Part shown: one piece after another, positions 58,659-64,000 of the stretch
Layout: each line of letters starts with the position of its first letter
Position numbering within the stretch: position 1 is the stretch's first letter
The notes under the pieces: generated by a model
What the model was told of the DNA's origin: nothing
Database searches by the model: none
The model's input: only the letters and a program-made list of their open reading frames with translations
Made by a program: the position numbers and the translations under genes
Source: a virus
Taxonomy: Duplodnaviria; Caudoviricetes
Length of the DNA: 64,000 nt
Direction: 5' to 3' (one strand)
Virus record (IMG/VR): IMGVR_UViG_3300005683_000047
Span: 2,430 to 66,429 of that record

Positions 58659-58925
58659 ATGAGCAATTCTTCTGATAACAAAGTACATCTTTCAGTAATC
58701 GATGGCGTAACGTGCTTTGGCATGCAAGAAAAATATAACATTGCATGCCAAAGAGAAAAATGTCAAAATTGGATTTTAAAAACATCAGAAAATAATTGCG
58801 CAATTATCTCTGCTAAAAACGGACCCGCAACATTACATGATATCGGTAGTTTGTTTAATTTGACTAGAATGAGAATTTGTCAATTAGAAAAAAAGATCTT
58901 CAAAAAGATAATTAATATTGATTAG
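58659..58925 (+). CDS. Stand-alone sigma-70 region-4-like HTH protein with Cys-rich N-terminus (88 aa)
   Basis: TLHDIGSLFNLTRMRICQLEKKIFKKI matches the sigma region 4.2 pattern TLxEIG..(L/F).(V/L)TRERIRQIE.KAL.KL. Confidence 0.7.
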   Translation: MSNSSDNKVHLSVIDGVTCFGMQEKYNIACQREKCQNWILKTSENNCAIISAKNGPATLHDIGSLFNLTRMRICQLEKKIFKKIINID

Positions 58926-58927
58926 TT

Positions 58928-59251
58928 TTACTTTTTAGCTTGTGGTTTTACCACTTGCTTTTTAACTTCTTTTGAGGCTTCGGGTGTTTCAACGACAGGT
59001 GTTGAGACTTTCGGAGCTTCAACTGTTTCTGTTGATTCAACGATTTGACTTACAACCTTCTCTTCAACTTTGACTTGTTCAGGTTTGACTTCCAGAACCT
59101 TTTCTTCGATGAATTTTTTATCTTCAACTTGAACAACTGATTCTTGTTTTTGATTTTTAAGACGACCTGATGCAGAAACTTGTCTATGATTTTCGTGTGG
59201 ATTTAGACCGAATTCTGTGATATCAGCTAAGACGCTTCGATTTGATGGCAT
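58928..59251 (-). CDS. Hypothetical E/K/V/P-rich protein (107 aa; start moved to the ATG at 59251)
   Basis: AGGAGA RBS before ATG 59251; the track start at 59287 is a TTG. Confidence 0.55.
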   Translation of the reverse strand: MPSNRSVLADITEFGLNPHENHRQVSASGRLKNQKQESVVQVEDKKFIEEKVLEVKPEQVKVEEKVVSQIVESTETVEAPKVSTPVVETPEASKEVKKQVVKPQAKK

Positions 59252-59266
59252 GAAATCTCCTAGTGT

Positions 59267-59273
59267 TAAGTAT
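59267..59273 (-). promoter_or_regulatory. ATAnTTA motif (ATACTTA)
   Basis: Immediately downstream of a terminator and 15 nt upstream of ATG 59251. Confidence 0.45.
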
Positions 59274-59287
59274 TGTTTAAACGTCAA

Positions 59288-59310
59288 ACCCTAACATTTT
59301 CAGTTAGGGT
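59288..59310 (-). terminator. Hairpin terminator after the Hc1-like gene
   Basis: ACCCUAAC-UGAAAAU-GUUAGGGU followed by UUGACGUUU (imperfect U tract). Confidence 0.5.
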
Positions 59311-59322
59311 CGACAAGAACTA

Positions 59323-59571
59323 TTATTCTTCTGTTTTCTTTTCTAGCGCACGTTTCTCTTTCATCTTCTCTTTACGAGATTTCCTGATTGATCGATCGCG
59401 TTCAAGAGAGTATCTCATCAAGTATGTGATCTTTTTTCTGATCACTCTCATCGTCCTTCTTACTCTGACGCCTGCTGCTATGTTATCATTTGCGTTCTTA
59501 TGTACATCAAGGTCAATTAATTCAACCAACTTCTTGATCTCAACCCACGTAACCAATAAATCACTTTGCAT
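59323..59571 (-). CDS. Histone H1-like (Hc1 family) small basic DNA-binding protein
   Basis: KNANDNIAAGVRVRRTMRVIRK resembles the Hc1-family GNKAAGTRARK motif; basic C-terminal tail. Confidence 0.65.
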   Translation of the reverse strand: MQSDLLVTWVEIKKLVELIDLDVHKNANDNIAAGVRVRRTMRVIRKKITYLMRYSLERDRSIRKSRKEKMKEKRALEKKTEE

Positions 59572-59607
59572 AAAAGGTATTAAAACACAAGTATGTTATC
59601 TGTAAAA

Positions 59608-60204
59608 TCATTGACCAACAATTTTGTCAACAATTCCAAATTTGACACACTCACGTGCATTATAAAATGTGTCAAGTTTTGTTGACATTATTTTTGTCAA
59701 TGATTGTTTTGACATCTTTGTTTCAACTGCCAACGAATTAACAATTGACTCTTGCAATTGTTGCATCTCATCTGACTTATTTTTAACCTCAAAAACGTTA
59801 CCATGCATTCCACCAGACATAGAATGAATCATCACTCTGGCGTTTGCTCCAATGAGACGATGACCTTTTTCACCTGCGGCAAGCAATAAAACACCGGCTG
59901 ACATAATTTTGCCAAGACCAACAGTATGAATGGGACATGGCACATATTTCATGACATCATACAAACTAAACATCTCATCAACAGAACCACCGTATGTACT
60001 AACAATCAAAGTGATTGGTAATTTGTCGTTATCATTTGCAAGAGTTAAAATGCCACCAATCACCTGTGTGATTGACACTTCATTCATCTCACCTGAGAGA
60101 TAAACCATACGATCACGAAAGTGTAGTTGTTGTTCTGGCTGAGGTTCAGCAAGATCATGATCATTGCTAACGTTTGGCTGAGAAACCTTTGTAGAGCGAC
60201 CCAT
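59608..60204 (-). CDS. clpP: ClpP-type serine protease proteolytic subunit
   Basis: STYGGSV; GKIMSAGVLLLAAG (catalytic Ser); ARVMIHS (His); LDTFYNARECVKFGIVDKI (Asp). Confidence 0.9.
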   Translation of the reverse strand: MGRSTKVSQPNVSNDHDLAEPQPEQQLHFRDRMVYLSGEMNEVSITQVIGGILTLANDNDKLPITLIVSTYGGSVDEMFSLYDVMKYVPCPIHTVGLGKIMSAGVLLLAAGEKGHRLIGANARVMIHSMSGGMHGNVFEVKNKSDEMQQLQESIVNSLAVETKMSKQSLTKIMSTKLDTFYNARECVKFGIVDKIVGQ

Positions 60205-60434
60205 CAGACTTCCTCCTTGATTAATAAAGCATTTTTATCTTTAAGAAACTCTTTGGTCATGCTTACTATTTCAACCATTTGTTCGTGATCATGCAATTCA
60301 CAACCCAAAAATTGAATGATCAGAAGTATCTGTTCTTGTGTAACTCCATAATTCATTATTGATTTTACAATTTCACGACACGTAATGATCTTTTTAAGAT
60401 TTTTGTCAGTTTCAAGCTCACCAAATTGTTCCAT
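60204..60434 (-). CDS. Hypothetical protein (76 aa)
   Basis: Stop overlaps the clpP start. Confidence 0.5.
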   Translation of the reverse strand: MEQFGELETDKNLKKIITCREIVKSIMNYGVTQEQILLIIQFLGCELHDHEQMVEIVSMTKEFLKDKNALLIKEEV

Positions 60435-60472
60435 GACTTGAACTTACAAACACTGTCAGGCGATTTATAACA

Positions 60473-60955
60473 TCACTTTCCTGACACTCTAATCACTTCC
60501 TCAAACGTAAAAGTGTCAACCTTATAAAGAGACTCAGAGATTATTCTGACCATCTTTCCTTGCCTCAAACCATCAATCACGTCACTCGTCAACACCACAA
60601 AACTACCCCAAAGTTGATTTTCAATGATCCATGAAACGTTCTCATACGTTGCTAGATCACAATTATGAGCTTCAAGGATAGATTGTAATCGTTCAGGAAT
60701 TGATTGTTTAACGTCGTCTATCGTCACTAACGAAGACAAGTTTTCTTTTCCTTGCATGATTTCAGAGTGACATATGTCAACTACTTTATGAATGATTCCA
60801 CAATTGTTGCATTGAACAAATTTCTGTTTTACAATATCAGTTTCTTCATCAATGATTGAAAACACTAAAAATTGGTGAACGGGTGGATCTGAGCTTTTTA
60901 AAAATTGAGGCAAAATACATCGACATTTTACGAGATGTTTAAAACCCTTTTCCAT
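60473..60955 (-). CDS. Hypothetical Zn-binding protein (160 aa)
   Basis: CRC...QCNNCGIIH...CHS. Confidence 0.55.
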   Translation of the reverse strand: MEKGFKHLVKCRCILPQFLKSSDPPVHQFLVFSIIDEETDIVKQKFVQCNNCGIIHKVVDICHSEIMQGKENLSSLVTIDDVKQSIPERLQSILEAHNCDLATYENVSWIIENQLWGSFVVLTSDVIDGLRQGKMVRIISESLYKVDTFTFEEVIRVSGK

Positions 60956-60985
60956 TGAATTGATTCCTTTACGTTAAAATACAAC

Positions 60986-60993
60986 ATAATTAT
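60986..60993. promoter_or_regulatory. Palindromic ATAATTAT, giving ATAnTTA on both strands of a divergent gap
   Basis: Between divergent ORFs starting at 60955 (-) and 61018 (+). Confidence 0.35.
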
Positions 60994-61017
60994 GAAAGAA
61001 TAACATTCACGGAGTTC

Positions 61018-61818
61018 ATGATGTCATCACTAAAAAATCAATACAAAAATAAATTGTTAGCTGAAACAAAAAGAGTGAATCTTGTGCTTGAAGCTCTTGA
61101 CGCAAAACAAGTTCAAAACGTGGCAAACGCAGTTGCCGCTCTTGAGAAATTAATTCCAAGAGAAAAGATGCCAATGATTTATACTGCAGTATCTTCAGCT
61201 AAAAACGAACTAGGAAAATCGTTAAGTGGTGGACTCACTACCGCTGTTATACAAAAATTTACACAACCACTTGGAAAGTCAATTGCACTTGCTGATGGAC
61301 TGAAAGCTGCGTTCAAAATGTTGCCACAACTGATCAAGTCGTTCGTCCCTCAGAACCAACAAAATGTGACAACAAAACCAATACAAGACGTCATAGACCA
61401 ATCAAAATCAAAACAATTTGCTGAAGCATTTCTTAACGCAGTAAGACCAACTGGTGTTGTTGCAACACTTGGAAAATTGTTTGGAAATGGAGGCATTCCA
61501 TTTTTGGATAAACCGTTGGATGCTGTTTACGAGATGATGGAAAACATGACAATCGCAGAATTGCAGGCTTTGGCAACGTCTGCAAGCTCAGTACAAACAA
61601 CGATCAGCCAAGATGTTGCCAAAGAAGTTGAAAACGCTGCTCAACAGCCACAACAAACCCAATCAACTCAGCAACCTCAGCAACAACAAACGCCTCAAAA
61701 TGTTTCTTCTGAATACGAAAAATTCAAAGGCATCATTCCAAATCTAACACCTGAACAAAAATCAGAACTCACAAAATTACTTACAAACGCTCAACCATTC
61801 CAACCAGCAAAAAACTAA
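61018..61818 (+). CDS. Hypothetical helical protein with Gln-rich tail (266 aa)
   Basis: GGAG RBS; LLAE / LVLEA motifs; QQPQQTQSTQQPQQQQ tract. Confidence 0.65.
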   Translation: MMSSLKNQYKNKLLAETKRVNLVLEALDAKQVQNVANAVAALEKLIPREKMPMIYTAVSSAKNELGKSLSGGLTTAVIQKFTQPLGKSIALADGLKAAFKMLPQLIKSFVPQNQQNVTTKPIQDVIDQSKSKQFAEAFLNAVRPTGVVATLGKLFGNGGIPFLDKPLDAVYEMMENMTIAELQALATSASSVQTTISQDVAKEVENAAQQPQQTQSTQQPQQQQTPQNVSSEYEKFKGIIPNLTPEQKSELTKLLTNAQPFQPAKN

Positions 61819-63077
61819 ACATTCATCACAAACACAGTTGAATCAGTCAACATTTTGCAACAGCAATTTGCAAATTTCACAGATGATAACACTGATTCAA
61901 CTGTCGTAATCTTAGAAAAATTCTTGTTTAAGAATTGTGTGTCATCAACATTGATGCACCCAAACCTAATAATTGATTTTAAGATTCTTAAGCAAGTGTC
62001 AAACTTTTCTGAAAACATGACATAGTTTTCATCTTTTGGAATTTTGACTCGAACACAATTTGGCGTCAACGATTTAATTCTTTCATCAATTGATGACGCA
62101 AGTTGATCAACTGAAGCTTCGTATCTTTTTTCAACCAACGATTTTACTTGAATTTCTGCTGATTTAATCGCTGAATTATTCACAATCGTCAAAATTTTTC
62201 CTTGACACTCAACATAAGGAACAATTTTTATTTCATCATACTTGATTGCTGAAATTAGTTGACCTTTCATTGAAGAAATGACGTCAGAACATGACGTAAT
62301 TGCAATATCATTGATTTCATTGATTCCATCAAAATCATATTTCACAACAACTGGAATCACAGACAACGTTTGTCGATGAAAATTGACTTTTAGTGTGTTT
62401 ACAACGTCTGGATGAAATCCTCTTGCAACAATCACCAAAGTGTCTTTCATTTCCATTGAACGTTGCAAGACATTGTGAATTTCGCCAACTGACTCAATGT
62501 TTCCATCGATGATTAAAACTCTTACGTCTTTTTTTTGCAATGAAACTTGAAACGGAAATTCTACTCGAAAATTAAATCCGTTAGTTAGTTCAACGACAGT
62601 GTTATCATTTGGCGATGATTCAAAGACGACTTTACCTTCAATTCCAGAAATTTGTAGAACATCCTTGAACAGAGATAACATAAAATCGTTATTGACAAAT
62701 TCTTTTAGTATGTTCAATGTTTGTTCAAATGTCGGTCGATACGACTTTGACCATGCATCATCTAACGATTTTTCATCAATAAACTTATTGTTTTCAAGCG
62801 ATTCTAAGATTAAACGGACAGTGGGAACGAACGACCCTGGCCCTGCACGCTCTGCCTTTTGACAGTGATCAATGATGATATCATAAATCAAACGTTCAGT
62901 TTTGTCTTTCCAGGGAATGTTCGATAGTGATAAAATTTTTGTGATGAAATTCAATTTGTCATCTTTTAACAAAAGACTAGATTCACAAACATTACGATCA
63001 ACATTTCGTAACATATTTGTGACATTTTTAACTTTTTCATTGATTTCATCACAAAAAATCACATCTTGATAGACCAT
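61815..63077 (-). CDS. Degenerate, truncated GroEL/Cpn60-like chaperonin (420 aa)
   Basis: GIEGKVVFESSPNDNTVVELTNGFNF ~ GKEGVITVEE...ELEVVEGMQF; VLIIDGNIESVGEIHNVL...LVIVARGF...VVNTLKVN ~ apical domain; NDIAI; DERIKSL. GDGTT site reads GPGSF. Confidence 0.7.
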   Translation of the reverse strand: MVYQDVIFCDEINEKVKNVTNMLRNVDRNVCESSLLLKDDKLNFITKILSLSNIPWKDKTERLIYDIIIDHCQKAERAGPGSFVPTVRLILESLENNKFIDEKSLDDAWSKSYRPTFEQTLNILKEFVNNDFMLSLFKDVLQISGIEGKVVFESSPNDNTVVELTNGFNFRVEFPFQVSLQKKDVRVLIIDGNIESVGEIHNVLQRSMEMKDTLVIVARGFHPDVVNTLKVNFHRQTLSVIPVVVKYDFDGINEINDIAITSCSDVISSMKGQLISAIKYDEIKIVPYVECQGKILTIVNNSAIKSAEIQVKSLVEKRYEASVDQLASSIDERIKSLTPNCVRVKIPKDENYVMFSEKFDTCLRILKSIIRFGCINVDDTQFLNKNFSKITTVESVLSSVKFANCCCKMLTDSTVFVMNV

Positions 63078-63109
63078 ATGTGTAACATATTAATCACATG
63101 CAACAATGT

Positions 63110-63649
63110 TCATTTTATGACAATGTGTTGAATGATAAACTCAAACATTTGTTTCAATAACAACAACCCAATCGCAGGCAGAATCCATACAAAAAACTTT
63201 TGAATGTTCCCTTTCCAATCTTTGATTTTTGTTACTTCTAAAAGGTTTTCATCATATTTTTTGACTTTTTCATCAACTGATTTTTTCCATTCAGTCAATG
63301 ACTTAACAACAATCACATTTTGATTATTTTCTTTTGATTTTTCATCAACTGATTTTTTCCACAGTGTTAGTTCAGAAACATCTTGATTCACAGTTTTAAT
63401 TCTAGAATATAACCCTTCATCAGGATCGAAAATTGTTTTATTCAAATCGCTGACTTGTTCAAGTGTTTGTTGTTGAACTTTTTCAATGCCTTCTAGTTTT
63501 AGAGTCAAAGTCTCAAATCCTCCATTGAAAACAGGATTATTTAACTTTTCCTGAACATTCATCAACGTTGCAACGACTTCACTCTGAACCGTAGAGGATG
63601 ATTTGTCATTGCTTGCTGAATACGTGGGTTTTTTATTGTACACTTTCAT
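63110..63649 (-). CDS. Coiled-coil protein with a C-terminal hydrophobic segment (179 aa; ATG at 63649), possibly holin/XhlA-like membrane protein
   Basis: GAGG RBS; heptad pattern; FFVWILPAIGLLLL near the C-terminus. Confidence 0.5.
   Translation of the reverse strand: MKVYNKKPTYSASNDKSSSTVQSEVVATLMNVQEKLNNPVFNGGFETLTLKLEGIEKVQQQTLEQVSDLNKTIFDPDEGLYSRIKTVNQDVSELTLWKKSVDEKSKENNQNVIVVKSLTEWKKSVDEKVKKYDENLLEVTKIKDWKGNIQKFFVWILPAIGLLLLKQMFEFIIQHIVIK
63266..63361. repeat. Exact 24-nt direct repeat, 72-nt period, in frame (WKKSVDEK twice)
   Basis: tttttcatcaactgattttttcca at 63266-63289 and 63338-63361. Confidence 0.9.
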
Positions 63650-64000
63650 CCTCGACCTCGACCTGATAATCTTACGTATGGATAACACAGTGTAATACAT
63701 TATCGTTGTTGATTTTTGTTAACAAAAGTTCAAAATCAAATGAATTCGAACTTTCACTTCAAGTGACACAAGAAAAATCTTGCACTCAGATGAGTGAAAC
63801 TACATCAAACACCCAAAGATTTTTCTTGCAGCGACTGGAAGTACCTAGAACAATGACTTGATGTGGTCCTCTGGCGATGCTTGACAAACAGTTATGGCCA
63901 TAATTCATTATGAATTTATTATTTGCAACCTATGCACTTTTAATTTTACGGTTGCACATTGAGATCTTAGATTAAGATCAGAGATCTAGATCAGATACTA

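Noticed and set aside
171-63000. Numerous 60-130 aa ORFs nested in or antisense to the long genes
   Set aside because: They are shadow frames of well-supported genes, with no RBS or motif support.
63701-63960. Partial CDS at the right edge
   Set aside because: All three minus-strand frames hit stops within a few dozen codons, and the one longer plus-strand stretch has no convincing start or motif.
1-64000. Stop-codon reassignment, as seen in some huge phages
   Set aside because: Conserved genes are full length under code 11, and TAA, TGA (e.g. MCP, sheath) and TAG (e.g. ruvC) all end genes at sensible positions.

Overview
This window is a gene-dense, AT-rich 64-kb segment of a large (jumbo-type) T4-like myophage genome, with almost all genes on the minus strand and standard code 11. 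In transcription order (right to left) it carries: (1) a host-takeover block with a degenerate GroEL-like protein, ClpP, an Hc1/histone-H1-like protein, a stand-alone sigma-70 region-4 protein and an intein-containing PIN-PhoH; (2) a tandem array of seven divergent paralogous ~400-500 aa proteins of unknown family, punctuated by two small paralogous ORFs; (3) a putative baseplate/tail-associated block; (4) a gp4-like nuclease, RuvC-like resolvase, primase and a fused SbcD-SbcC; (5) the head module: large terminase, portal with two inteins only 15 residues apart, prohead protease, peptide deformylase, scaffold and major capsid protein; (6) a free-standing endonuclease with a GNAT/Mom-like C-terminal domain; (7) decoration/fibre-like proteins, neck and tail-terminator proteins, and two paralogous tail-sheath genes, the second cut by the left edge and absent from the ORF track. 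A motif ATAnTTA recurs upstream of many structural genes and is a candidate late promoter. I saw no tRNA, rRNA or CRISPR array. All family calls come from motifs read by eye, not from database searches.
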